Shown here: piece after piece, positions 27,936 through 38,284 of the stretch
Layout: every line of letters begins with the position of its first letter
Numbering within the stretch: the stretch's first letter is position 1
Source of the DNA: Desulfobacteria bacterium
GTDB lineage: Archaea; Halobacteriota; Syntropharchaeia; Alkanophagales; Methanospirareceae
Reading direction: 5' to 3'
Assembly (NCBI GenBank): GCA_035528755.1
Contig: DATKXZ010000023.1
Location: 1-48,637, forward strand
Length of the DNA: 48,637 nt
The notes under the pieces: generated by a model
What the model saw: the letters and a program-made list of their open reading frames with translations, nothing else
Told to the model about the DNA's origin: nothing
Database searches by the model: none
Program-made: the position numbers and the translations under genes

Positions 27936-27944
27936 TTTGAAAAA

Positions 27945-28066
27945 TCCCGCCTCCCGGATTTGAACCGGGGACAGCACGGTATCCGCGCGCGGTAATAAGA
28001 TCTTCGGGAGGTGATCTAAAACGCCACACTACAGCCGCGCACTCTTCCAGTCTGAGTTAAGGCGGG
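27945..28066 (-). tRNA. tRNA-Tyr (anticodon GTA) with a ~48-nt intron at the canonical 37/38 position.
   Basis: Manual fold:
- acceptor CCCGCCT/AGGCGGG
- D arm ACTC-AGACTGGAA-GAGT
- anticodon stem CGCGG/CCGTG, loop CT-GTA-G[intron 27981-28028]A
- T arm CCCGG-TTCAAAT-CCGGG
- discriminator A, followed by TTTTT
The mature length is 74 nt. Confidence 0.85.
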
Positions 28067-28088
28067 ATGTTAGATAGATATATGGCGG

Positions 28089-28100
28089 TTAAATATAAAT
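28089..28100 (-). promoter_or_regulatory. TATA box for tRNA-Tyr.
   Basis: The minus strand reads ATTTATATTTAA, 23-34 nt upstream of the tRNA 5' end. Confidence 0.5.
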
Positions 28101-28163
28101 GTAGTGAAGTCAGTCCGTGGCAGTGCCGAGTTGCACACCCGGTGTAAACTTCCAATTGGTTTC

Positions 28164-29495
28164 TTAGCTGCGTGGTAGTTCGGTCAACAATACAACATCC
28201 ACCGGTTCCCCTTCTTCTATTATCTCCTTACCTTTTTCCATGAATAGGTAGCCATCGGCTTTTGACAGCGTTGTGATCGCGCCCGAGCCGGTGAGGATAG
28301 GATAAGCGAGGAATGCCGCGTCTTCCGCCTTTTCCGCCGGAGTGAGAGTGACAAGCACGTATTCGTTTCGGCCTTTATCAGAGAAGATTCGCATCGCAGC
28401 CTTTGCTTTTATTCCTTTTCCCGCTCTTCTCTTTGCGTCCTCATAATCCCGGGAGAGCCCTGATAGCACGCGAAGCAGCGGCGCGACGAACAGGTTGAAG
28501 GTGACTAATGCGGACGTCGGATTCCCGGGCAAGCCGAAGAAAGGCGTTTCGTGAATTGATCCGAAGATGAAGGGCTTTCCTGGTTTGATGTCAACGCCGT
28601 GTACGAGTATCTCGCCGCGCTCTTCTACTACCTTTGGCAGCAGGTCACCAACGCCGGCAGAGGTCCCTCCTGATGCAATAATAACGTCAACGCCCTTCTC
28701 TAACGGCTCCCTTAACTTCCCTGATAGCTCCTCGATAGTGTCACGTGCAATCCCGAGGAAATACGGTGTGCAGCCGCATTCACGGACCGAATCGCTGAGT
28801 GCCCGGGTATTAACGTCATATATCTTCGCGGGTTCGAGCGTTTCACCAGGCGCTGTGAGCTCGTTGCCCGTGGACATGAGCGCGACCATCGGCTTTCTAC
28901 GGACCATAACTTCGTTGAGACCGCACGCAGCCAGGACTCCGGTATCACGCGGTGTGAGCGTCGTGCCGCTCCGTATTAGTTGCTCTCCTCGCTTTATATC
29001 AGAGCCCGCACGCATGATATTCTCGCCAGGAGCGACGGGTTTGTAGATCTTTACCCTCGTTCGCTCTTCTCCTTCTATAACCTCGGTATACTCGGCGGTG
29101 TTCTCTACTTTTACCGTTGCGTCCGCGCCTTTGGGCAGCGGTGCACCGGTTGATATGCCACTACAATAGCCTGGCTCTACGGACTGTGACGGCAACTCGC
29201 CCGCAAAGATTAACCCGGTTACAATCAAGGAAGCGGGATTATCCTCATCGGCATAGAAGGTGTCTGAAGCTACAACTGCGTAGCCGTCCATGAGTGCTCG
29301 ATCAAACGGAGGAACATTAAGCGCTGAGAAGACGTCGGCAGCCGCAACTCTACCGAGCGCCTCGGCTACGTTCACCTTCTCCACCGATGCCTCTTCTGTT
29401 TGTGCGCGTGCCGTTACTACTTCTGCGGCAACGCGCGCGATTATCGCGTCTACTTCCCGCTTCTCGGTTATCTCTAAGAACTGCTCCCCCATCAA
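28164..29495 (-). CDS. moeA: Molybdopterin molybdenumtransferase MoeA.
   Basis: Reads PPFDRALMDGYAV...G...ISTGAP.P.GADA...MSTGNEL...IYD.N...IASGGTSAG..D. Confidence 0.88.
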   Translation of the reverse strand: MMGEQFLEITEKREVDAIIARVAAEVVTARAQTEEASVEKVNVAEALGRVAAADVFSALNVPPFDRALMDGYAVVASDTFYADEDNPASLIVTGLIFAGELPSQSVEPGYCSGISTGAPLPKGADATVKVENTAEYTEVIEGEERTRVKIYKPVAPGENIMRAGSDIKRGEQLIRSGTTLTPRDTGVLAACGLNEVMVRRKPMVALMSTGNELTAPGETLEPAKIYDVNTRALSDSVRECGCTPYFLGIARDTIEELSGKLREPLEKGVDVIIASGGTSAGVGDLLPKVVEERGEILVHGVDIKPGKPFIFGSIHETPFFGLPGNPTSALVTFNLFVAPLLRVLSGLSRDYEDAKRRAGKGIKAKAAMRIFSDKGRNEYVLVTLTPAEKAEDAAFLAYPILTGSGAITTLSKADGYLFMEKGKEIIEEGEPVDVVLLTELPRS

Positions 29496-29541
29496 ACTCT
29501 CTTAAAGAGAAAGGTTGATCGAAGAAAAAAGCTTCGGTCTC

Positions 29542-30333
29542 TTATTCCGATCTCTCCTTGGTCTCTTCTTTATCCTTGGAACGTGCCTCAGAGCGGTATC
29601 CCAGCGCCTCGAGCATCTCTATTGGGAACGGAATGATAACTGTGGTGGCCTTCTCCTCCGTCGCCTCCTTTATCGTTTGGAGCGTTCGAATGAACATCCC
29701 GCCTTTTTCTTTTTGCAGGACGTTCGCAGCTTCTGCAATCTTCTTCGCCGCCTGGAACTCGGCATCTGCGGAGATAATTCGTGCTCTTTTATTCCGCTCT
29801 GCTTCTGCCTGTGCTGCCATTGCACGCTGCATCTCTTTTGGCAGTTCTACATCCTTTATCTCCACTGAAGAGACCTTTATGCCCCACGGATCTGTCGCTT
29901 CGTCTATTATGACCTGCAATCGTTTATTGATCTTGTCTCGCTCGGAGAGTATTTCGTCCAGCTCCGCCTGTCCTATCACACCTCTTATTGTGGTCAGAGC
30001 GACTTGCGAGGTGGCATACTGGTATTGCTCTACCTCGGTTACCGCCTTCTCGGGGTCAAGCACGCGGTAATAAACGACCGCGTTCACTTTCGCGGTGACA
30101 TTATCTTTGGTTATGACCTCTTGCGGCGGGATATCGAAAACAGACACACGCAAGTCTATCTTTACCATGGACTCGAAGAGGGGTATAATCAAGAACAACC
30201 CCGGGCCTCTCGCACCGACCAAACGCCCGAGCCTGAAGATGACACCTCGTTCGTATTCCTTCACTACCTTTATCGACGACGCTAATACAATCACTGCAAA
30301 AAATAAAACTCCAATTAGCCATTCAAAAGCCAT
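29542..30333 (-). CDS. SPFH-domain protein (stomatin/prohibitin family).
   Basis: N-terminal TM segment, then VKEYERGVIFRLGRL...QEVITKDNV...AVVYYRV, and a coiled-coil AAQAEAERNKRARII. Confidence 0.88.
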   Translation of the reverse strand: MAFEWLIGVLFFAVIVLASSIKVVKEYERGVIFRLGRLVGARGPGLFLIIPLFESMVKIDLRVSVFDIPPQEVITKDNVTAKVNAVVYYRVLDPEKAVTEVEQYQYATSQVALTTIRGVIGQAELDEILSERDKINKRLQVIIDEATDPWGIKVSSVEIKDVELPKEMQRAMAAQAEAERNKRARIISADAEFQAAKKIAEAANVLQKEKGGMFIRTLQTIKEATEEKATTVIIPFPIEMLEALGYRSEARSKDKEETKERSE

Positions 30334-30668
30334 TTTTTATTTCATCGCCTCCTCTACTCTACAATATACTATGGTTCTAATTTATAATATAGGGCTATAG
30401 CTTTGTATCCCTTAGTGGGGTTTTTGGTCAAAAATGTCGTGATCTCCTCTATCAGCCGATAAAATCTGCCAAATAACATAAAAAAGGACAGCGAGATGAA
30501 TTTTGCCATAACGCCGATCGGTAACTAAACATGGCTGCATGAAACCCGGCTAACGTTCTTGCAAGATACTTCACTTCACATACCATCCCCACGATTATGG
30601 TCGGAACCGCTCATTCAAGGCCCCGCTTGATTTACAATATCTGCTTAAGCATTCCGGCGCAGGGTAGC

Positions 30669-32714
30669 TCACGTTGAAGCACGAGGGAAGTTATTGAGTT
30701 CTTCCTGTAATTCCTCAGGTAAGCCTTCACCACTGTAATCCTTGCCTTGGATCTTTGAAGCGAGTGCGTTCAAAAAAGCGCCAAAATAAAATTCCCGGTT
30801 AACTTCTTTGAGCGCCCCGATAAATTCAATTGTAGTATCCGCTTCCATCCTCTTCATTCTCTCAATTAAAAGGAAGATCGTTCTTGTATAAATCTTTGGA
30901 TTGAAAATTGCGGTTTTTAGCGCACGTAAATAGTATCCGTACTGAGCGTTATCGTGTTTCCTGACAATATCGCCAAGGAGCATATATGAACGGATTTCAA
31001 GTTCCTTAAAATTCCTCTGAATAGCATCAAAAGCACAGACTTTTGCCCTCTCCTCCGCCTCCAACAGCTCGTTGTTTTCCGCAAGCGTTTTCGCCAATTC
31101 TAAGTAGGTTCTGGCAAGCTCGTATCGTGCGCCAAGAGTTTGAAAAATGTCAATAGAGTGCGTAAAATAGCTCTTAGCTTTGTTTATGTTGCCGTATTTG
31201 AAATATACACTGCCCAGGTTTCGCAATGACAGTCCTTGATCCAATGGGCTCTGAAGGTCCTGTGCAAGTTTCAATGCGGATTCACAGTAATTTTTAGCCT
31301 GCTCAAGGCTTTTTAGGGAGTTGTTGGATTCAAAATCCATTAGATACGCTCTGCCGAATTTATTGAAAATCGTAACCTTTTTTGGACGCAATTCCAACTC
31401 AGATGCGATTTTAAGTGCTTTTTGGAATTCGGAAAAAGCCTCCTCGTACTGCTCCTCTACACTATCCAACTCGCCAAGATTCACAAGAGCATCAATTGCT
31501 CCCACGGGGGTGGTTCTCTCATACAGTTCGAGTGCTTTTTCGAGGTGCTTCCGTGCATCCTCCCATTCGCCTGATTTTATCTGTAACTCTCCAATATTTG
31601 AAAGGGTCTCGCCCTGTCTTGTCAGACTTTCTATCGTTTCAAATATCTCCAAGGCGTCGTTGAAGAGTTGCAGCGATTTATCCAAATCCCCAAGTACCAT
31701 ATTGGCTTCACCAAGACCTAAAAGCCATACCCCTTCACCCTGCCGGTCTCCGATTTCCCGGTCGATCGCAAGTGCCTGTTCATAGTATTCGATTGCCTTC
31801 TTTAACTCCCCCAGATTGGAATACGCATCCCCTAGGTTGCCGAGAGTGCTGCCTTCAAGCTGCTTGGATCCGATTTCCCGGTCGATCGCAAGTGCCTGCT
31901 CATAGTACTCGATTGCCTTCCTTAGCTCCCCCAGAGCGGAATATGTAGTCCCTAGGTTGCCAATCCAGATCCCTTCATTTATCTTATCTCCAATATCTCT
32001 CGCAATATCGATGGCATGTTCATAGAATTCGATAGCCTTCCTTAGCTCCCCCAGTGAAGAATATGCATTCCCTAGGTCGCCGAGAGCAGCACCTTCACCT
32101 CTCCTGTCTTCGATTGCTCGCGCGATCCCAAGTGCCTTTTCATAGTATTCGTTTGCCTTCCTTAGCTCCCCCAGTGAAGAATATGCATGCCCGAGGTTGC
32201 CGAGAGTATTACCTTCAAGCTGCTTGGATCCGATTTCACGGGCTATCGCAAGTGCCTTTTCATGGTATTCAATTGCCTTCCTTAGCTCCCCCAGTGAAGA
32301 ATATGCATGCCCGAGGTTGCCGAGATCAGCACCTTCACCGTCCCTGTCTCCGATCTCTCGCGAGATCGCAAGTGCCTTTTCGTGGTATTCAATCGCCTTC
32401 CTTAGCTCTCCCAGTGAAGAATATGTAAGCCCTAAGTTGCCGAGAGTATTACCTTCAAGTTGCTTGGATCCGATTGCCCGGGCGATTGCCAATGCCTCTT
32501 CATGGTATTCAATCGCCTTCCTTAGCTCTCCCAGATCGGAATATGCAAGCCCGAGGTTGGCGAGAGCAGCAGCTTCACCTTCCCTGTTTCCGATTTCCCG
32601 GGCGATCGCGAGTGCCTCTTCATAAAATCCGATTGCCTTTTTAAACTCGCTTCTTTTGTAAGCATTAATACCCTTTTCAAGTAAGTCCGATACCGACGAT
32701 GTATCAAACGCCAT
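30669..32714 (-). CDS. 681-aa all-TPR protein: about eight near-identical 40-aa units followed by a degenerate helical repeat region. No recognisable enzymatic domain.
   Basis: The unit LGNLG.AYSSLGELRKAIEY.EKALAIAREIG(SKQLEGNT/DR.GEGA) is repeated. The start overlaps the upstream stop (TAATG). Confidence 0.85.
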   Translation of the reverse strand: MAFDTSSVSDLLEKGINAYKRSEFKKAIGFYEEALAIAREIGNREGEAAALANLGLAYSDLGELRKAIEYHEEALAIARAIGSKQLEGNTLGNLGLTYSSLGELRKAIEYHEKALAISREIGDRDGEGADLGNLGHAYSSLGELRKAIEYHEKALAIAREIGSKQLEGNTLGNLGHAYSSLGELRKANEYYEKALGIARAIEDRRGEGAALGDLGNAYSSLGELRKAIEFYEHAIDIARDIGDKINEGIWIGNLGTTYSALGELRKAIEYYEQALAIDREIGSKQLEGSTLGNLGDAYSNLGELKKAIEYYEQALAIDREIGDRQGEGVWLLGLGEANMVLGDLDKSLQLFNDALEIFETIESLTRQGETLSNIGELQIKSGEWEDARKHLEKALELYERTTPVGAIDALVNLGELDSVEEQYEEAFSEFQKALKIASELELRPKKVTIFNKFGRAYLMDFESNNSLKSLEQAKNYCESALKLAQDLQSPLDQGLSLRNLGSVYFKYGNINKAKSYFTHSIDIFQTLGARYELARTYLELAKTLAENNELLEAEERAKVCAFDAIQRNFKELEIRSYMLLGDIVRKHDNAQYGYYLRALKTAIFNPKIYTRTIFLLIERMKRMEADTTIEFIGALKEVNREFYFGAFLNALASKIQGKDYSGEGLPEELQEELNNFPRAST
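31741..32640. repeat. In-frame tandem repeat array, period exactly 120 nt, about 7.5 units.
   Basis: cttagctcccccagtgaagaatatgca... recurs at 32041, 32161, 32281 and 32401, with variants at 31921 and 32521. Two alternating subtypes are visible. Confidence 0.95.
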
Positions 32715-33193
32715 TAAATCTCCTCCGTTTCCGCAGCTATTTTGCCAGCCGTGTACTCTTTAAGATCGAATTTGGTCTCGATACCCAGGTCTTTCATTAA
32801 GTTTTTTATTTCCCTCTTTATCTCGATTTCATTCTTGCATATCAATAGCAAGTCGCTCAATGCTTGGAAACAACTGGTTTGATCACCTTTTACAAATCCA
32901 ATTATTCGTGCCTTTCCGATAGATACTTTCCCCATGATAAATCCGAGCTTCCAGAAATCCATGTCCTCTGCTTCTTCTGAAGAACTGATAATGAGTGCAG
33001 TTTTCTCTGAAAAACCGTCCAGAAGACTCTTCAAATCCTTTACACCCATTTGTCGAAGGTCCGAAAGATTCACCACATGAACGTCCGCAGCAGGAGCATC
33101 GCTTTGAATAGTCAGTTTAAGGTCCACATTGTCGACTTTAATATCCTCCCCCGACCATGACAAAATACAGAAGTCTTTTTTCTCTCCGTTCAT
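32714..33193 (-). CDS. 159-aa cytoplasmic protein of unknown function. A faint Rossmannoid/TIR-like strand-helix pattern is visible.
   Basis: The ORF is coupled on both sides, by ATGA at 33190-33193 and TAATG at 32712-32716. FCILSW...TALIISSSEE...FWKLGFIMGK...ARIIGFVKG alternates hydrophobic strands with helices. The domain assignment is speculative. Confidence 0.55.
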   Translation of the reverse strand: MNGEKKDFCILSWSGEDIKVDNVDLKLTIQSDAPAADVHVVNLSDLRQMGVKDLKSLLDGFSEKTALIISSSEEAEDMDFWKLGFIMGKVSIGKARIIGFVKGDQTSCFQALSDLLLICKNEIEIKREIKNLMKDLGIETKFDLKEYTAGKIAAETEEI

Positions 33194-33738
33194 ATTCTTT
33201 CTCCTTTCAAGGAGTTGTCCTTGCCTTCGCAGAACTCCTTCAGATTTTTCAGGTCCTTGTATAAGCCTTCAAATTCTCCAATTTTATCAAGTAATAAAGC
33301 ATCATCTCCGCTGTACGTTCTTTCCTTTGCATTTTTGAGCCATATTACCGCTTGTGACCAGTTACTAGTAACTGCTTTGTGATTTAAGTCAATAATCCGT
33401 TTTACCCTGAAAAATATACTCAAATAATCCTCTCCCGATTTTTTGTGTTTCCCTTTTAAATGCACTGCCGTGCCGTAGGACTGCATTATGTCGTTCAAAG
33501 GCTGGATCGCGGAATTAAAAAGCTCCTTGCCTCTCGGTTCATCTCCACCATATATGTCGATTTCGTCAAACAGCAGCAATAAATTGTAGCAGGCCAGCCA
33601 GAGGGGGTAGTATAACGTTGCTCTGAGTTCTTTTTTTCTGTTATACCACGCAACGAAAGTCCCTGCGCCTCCGACTAGGAGACCGACAATAAAATCTATT
33701 TTTTCATAGAGTAGTTGTGGAATTGGTGGTATGGCCAT
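33190..33738 (-). CDS. Single-pass membrane protein of unknown function, first gene of the TPR cassette.
   Basis: Begins at the ATG at 33738 (MAIPPIPQLLYEKIDFIVGLLVGGAGTFVAWY... TM segment); the track start is GTG at 33804. The C-terminal domain is helical. Confidence 0.5.
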   Translation of the reverse strand: MAIPPIPQLLYEKIDFIVGLLVGGAGTFVAWYNRKKELRATLYYPLWLACYNLLLLFDEIDIYGGDEPRGKELFNSAIQPLNDIMQSYGTAVHLKGKHKKSGEDYLSIFFRVKRIIDLNHKAVTSNWSQAVIWLKNAKERTYSGDDALLLDKIGEFEGLYKDLKNLKEFCEGKDNSLKGERI

Positions 33739-33835
33739 ATTATTAGCTAGGTATTCGTACGTATAAAAGGTTATCTCTTTACATGTTCTACACCGTTCGT
33801 GCACTTTAAGAAAATGGTTAAAATTTGAAGCACAA

Positions 33836-34384
33836 ATGGTAACTATGGAAGAAATAATGACCGTGCCGGCAAAGCATAAGAGCGGCGTGAAGCGACATTA
33901 CAAATGCGCGGTACTCACGATCAGCACCTCGAAATACTGGAAGCGCGAAAAAGGGGAGAGAGAGATCGACGATTTGTCCGGCGAAAGCGCACAGGAACTC
34001 GTGCGAGAAAACGGGCACGAGGTGGTGTATTATGACGTGCTGCCCGATGAGGAGGACAAAATAGCCGAAGGTATCGCAAACGCTTTGCGCACTGGTGCTG
34101 AGTTCATTATCACGTCCGGCGGCACGGGCTTGACGAAACACGACGTTACCATAGAGGTTGTCTCGAAGCTGCTGACGAAGGAGATAACGGGCTTTGGCGA
34201 GCTCTTCAGGCTGAAGAGCTATGAGGAGATAGGCACGGCAGCGGTATTAAGCCGTGCGATCGGTGGTGTGATCGATCAAAAAGCGATCTTCTGCCTGCCC
34301 GGCTCGCCCGCAGCAGTGCAATTAGCGCTCCAAGAGATAATCATGCCTGAGATCGCGCATATACTGAAGCACGTACGGGAATAA
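33836..34384 (+). CDS. moaB: Molybdenum cofactor biosynthesis protein MoaB/MogA family.
   Basis: Reads AVLTISTSKY...IITSGGTGLTKHDVT...G.....LPGSPAAV. Confidence 0.85.
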   Translation: MVTMEEIMTVPAKHKSGVKRHYKCAVLTISTSKYWKREKGEREIDDLSGESAQELVRENGHEVVYYDVLPDEEDKIAEGIANALRTGAEFIITSGGTGLTKHDVTIEVVSKLLTKEITGFGELFRLKSYEEIGTAAVLSRAIGGVIDQKAIFCLPGSPAAVQLALQEIIMPEIAHILKHVRE

Positions 34385-34397
34385 TTAAAAAATCCGA

Positions 34398-34471
34398 TGG
34401 GGTCGGTGCGATTCGAACGCACGATCGGCGAGTCTGGAGCCCGCTGCCCTTCCGGACTAGGCCACGACCCC
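34398..34471 (-). tRNA. tRNA-Trp (anticodon CCA), intron-less.
   Basis: Manual fold:
- acceptor GGGGTCG/CGACCCC
- D arm GCCT-AGTCCGGAA-GGGC
- anticodon stem GCGGG/CTCGC, loop CT-CCA-GA
- T arm GTGCG-TTCGAAT-CGCAC
- discriminator A, with a T6 run downstream
The length is 74 nt. Confidence 0.88.
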
Positions 34472-34514
34472 TTCTTTTACATCCTACTGTATGTTAGACT
34501 GGGTATTAAAATAA

Positions 34515-35732
34515 TTACTGATCTGTACTGATAACCTCGCCGCAAATTTCCCGCATCTTCGCCTCGCCCTCGCGTGGCCCACGCATGATGAGCAGATCGC
34601 CATTCCGTATCACCGCACTGCCCGCGGGGTTATACACCCATTTGCCGTCTCTTCTGCGAATCGCCAGTATGAACATCCCCGTTCGCGTATCTATTCTCAA
34701 CTCCTTGAGCGTCCTATCGAAGATATCCTCGTTCTTCACTCCCATCCGCAGGATGATCTCGTCGGACTCCTCGATCGAGGCTGAAAAGACCGGATGCAAG
34801 GGTATATCACGAAGCACCACGTCGGCGATCTCGTACGCCGCGTCCGATAGTATTTCCGAAGACCACGCGATATGCAGTAAGCCCCGGAACTCCGCGAAAT
34901 TGCTCCGTTTCGTTACCCCGCGTGCCGCCTCTATCACTAAGATCTCTAGCTCCTCCTTCATACGATCCATTGACTCTTCCATGTCTCGCACTTCCTGCGC
35001 TATCTCTTTGCTGTAAAACCTCACGGCGGAATACGAAAGCCCGACCATCAATTCTGACATATTCTTCATATCCGCAAGGAGATCTGCGATTTCTTCGGTG
35101 AGCCTCTTCCTTTTTATCCCTTCTTCTCGCTCATTCTCCCAGCCTTTGTACTCCTTACCTGTTGCAAATTTACAAAACGCCGGTATTCCCTCGGTCGGGC
35201 CTGACGTGATGATCAGGTCGTTTTCACGCAATTTCTCCTCTTTATCCGGCGAATAAATCCACTTCGAACCCCTTTTCAGCGCTAATACGTGCATTCCTGT
35301 CTCAGTTTCGAGCTTCAAGCTCTTCAGCGACTTGTTCTTTAAGACCGATGTGGGCTTAATCTTTACATTGAGTATCGCTTCCTCGAAATCCTCACGATCG
35401 AGATAGGCGGTGATATTGACCGAGGTGGCTATCTTCGCGATGTCGCCGGCTGCATTCGAGATCTTCTCCGCCGCGGAGGCGATCTGTAATATCCCCGCGA
35501 ATTCTATTGCATCCTCTACGTTCCGCGCCCCCAGCATGATCGCGATCCTCAATTTATACAAGAGCGAATGCATCGTCTGCTCCAATTTAAACACTTCGTT
35601 CGCTATCTCAGGATTGCTGTACAGAACTGCGGAATACGCGAGGTCCAGCATCGACCCTGAGATATCTTTCATCTCCACGAGCACTTCTTTCGCATTAAAA
35701 GCCCGTATCTCATCCTTCAAATCTTCGGTCAT
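34515..35732 (-). CDS. Duplicated PhoU-like plus TrkA-C (RCK_C) domain protein, a putative transport regulator.
   Basis: Two copies of a helical PhoU-like segment are each followed by a TrkA-C-like beta domain (L.ELRI.TRTGM.ILAIRR....VYNP......GD.LI..GP). Confidence 0.7.
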   Translation of the reverse strand: MTEDLKDEIRAFNAKEVLVEMKDISGSMLDLAYSAVLYSNPEIANEVFKLEQTMHSLLYKLRIAIMLGARNVEDAIEFAGILQIASAAEKISNAAGDIAKIATSVNITAYLDREDFEEAILNVKIKPTSVLKNKSLKSLKLETETGMHVLALKRGSKWIYSPDKEEKLRENDLIITSGPTEGIPAFCKFATGKEYKGWENEREEGIKRKRLTEEIADLLADMKNMSELMVGLSYSAVRFYSKEIAQEVRDMEESMDRMKEELEILVIEAARGVTKRSNFAEFRGLLHIAWSSEILSDAAYEIADVVLRDIPLHPVFSASIEESDEIILRMGVKNEDIFDRTLKELRIDTRTGMFILAIRRRDGKWVYNPAGSAVIRNGDLLIMRGPREGEAKMREICGEVISTDQ

Positions 35733-35757
35733 TTTCTTGGTTTTTGTTCTTCATACC

Positions 35758-37080
35758 CTACTCGATAGTGGTTATATCCGCTCCTAAATCGCGCATAGCC
35801 CTAAAGAAGCCAGGATAAGAGATATTAACACACTCAGTACCCTCAACGACCGTTTCGCCTCTGGTTGCAAGCGCCGCGATACACAACGACATCGCCAATC
35901 GGTGATCCTCGTGTGAATAGACCTTCGCCGCCGCGGTTAAGCCCTTCTCTTTCCGCCCTTCTAGCAACAACCCGTCCTCTCGCTCCTTTACTTGCACGCC
36001 CAGCTTCGGCAGCTCCTCTGCCAGGAACCGCAACCGATCGGTCTCTTTATATCTGAGATGCGCAACGCCGGTTATCTCCGTCGTGCCATCCGCAACGGCC
36101 GCTAAAACCGCGATTGTCGGCACTAAATCCGGATTCTCACGCATATCTACCGTGATTCCACTCAGACCCGTAGATTCAGCTCCGTTTACCTCTACAACCC
36201 CGCTCTCACGGTCCCAGCGTATAGCCGCACCCATAGCCTTTAATAGCTCCACGATCCGGGAATCGCCCTGCGCCGATGGGAACAGGTTCCTTACTTTCAG
36301 CTTTGAATCCGTAATTGCAGCTGCGGCTAAGAGATACGAGGCGGACGAAAAATCGCCCGGCACCGTAAACCTGCGTAAATCGTAACTCCGCCCACCTTCC
36401 ACGTGGAAATAATAATCATTTGAACCGCTCGAAGTAGAAAAAGAAACCTCAACACCTGCCTGCTCTAAGACCTCGGTTGTCATTCTCATATACGGTACTG
36501 AGCTAAGATTGTTCGCCCAAATATAAGAATCTTTCGGTGCAAGCGGGCAGGCAATGAGCAGTGCGGAAATGAACTGTGAACTGATGGATGCGTCTATCGC
36601 GGTCTCTCCACCGGTTAATCTGCCTTTTACTACTAATGGCGCGGTGCCGTCTCCTTTTGTAGAGTGCGCCTCTGCGCCAAGGTCGTTTAAGGCGTTCAGT
36701 AACGGCACATTCGGCCGCGTCCTCAACGACGCATCGCCGGTGAGCACAGTCGCACCTTCGCATAGCGCGGACACGGCGGTAAAGAATCGTAAAGTCGTGC
36801 CTGAGTTCTCGGCGTTGATCACATCCTCGGGCGTGACTGGGCTACCTTCAACGCCATCCACCTTTATTTTCTGCCCGTCTCCGTCCCGATCTACTATTAC
36901 CGCAGCACCTAAGCATCTCGCTGCGTTGATGGTCGCTTCGGTATCTCCGGAGAGAAGCGGATAGAAAATCTCGCTTTTCTTCGCCAACGAGGCTATCGTT
37001 ATGGCTCTATGCGTATAGCTCTTCGATGGTGGCGCGATTATTTCGCCTTCGATCCCTGACCTTCGCACCGTTACGTTCAT
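35758..37080 (-). CDS. aroA: 3-phosphoshikimate 1-carboxyvinyltransferase (EPSP synthase).
   Basis: Reads PPSKSYTHRA...ENSGTTLRF...GDASLRTRP...SSQF.SALL...DHRLAMS. Confidence 0.92.
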   Translation of the reverse strand: MNVTVRRSGIEGEIIAPPSKSYTHRAITIASLAKKSEIFYPLLSGDTEATINAARCLGAAVIVDRDGDGQKIKVDGVEGSPVTPEDVINAENSGTTLRFFTAVSALCEGATVLTGDASLRTRPNVPLLNALNDLGAEAHSTKGDGTAPLVVKGRLTGGETAIDASISSQFISALLIACPLAPKDSYIWANNLSSVPYMRMTTEVLEQAGVEVSFSTSSGSNDYYFHVEGGRSYDLRRFTVPGDFSSASYLLAAAAITDSKLKVRNLFPSAQGDSRIVELLKAMGAAIRWDRESGVVEVNGAESTGLSGITVDMRENPDLVPTIAVLAAVADGTTEITGVAHLRYKETDRLRFLAEELPKLGVQVKEREDGLLLEGRKEKGLTAAAKVYSHEDHRLAMSLCIAALATRGETVVEGTECVNISYPGFFRAMRDLGADITTIE

Positions 37081-37117
37081 AGCACAAAAACAATGCCGCT
37101 GCGATCCACGGTTACGT

Positions 37118-38280
<1,163 letters not shown>

Positions 38281-38284
<4 letters not shown>

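Noticed and set aside
27936-27977. N-terminal extension (MLSPVQIREAGFFK) of the M42 peptidase from the longest-ORF call.
   Set aside because: It overlaps the 3' half of tRNA-Tyr. The ATG at 27935 gives a typical family N-terminus.
31741-32640. Regular 120-nt repeats that could be mistaken for a CRISPR-like array.
   Set aside because: There is no repeat/unique-spacer alternation. The whole unit is repeated, stays in frame, and encodes TPR helices within a 681-aa ORF.
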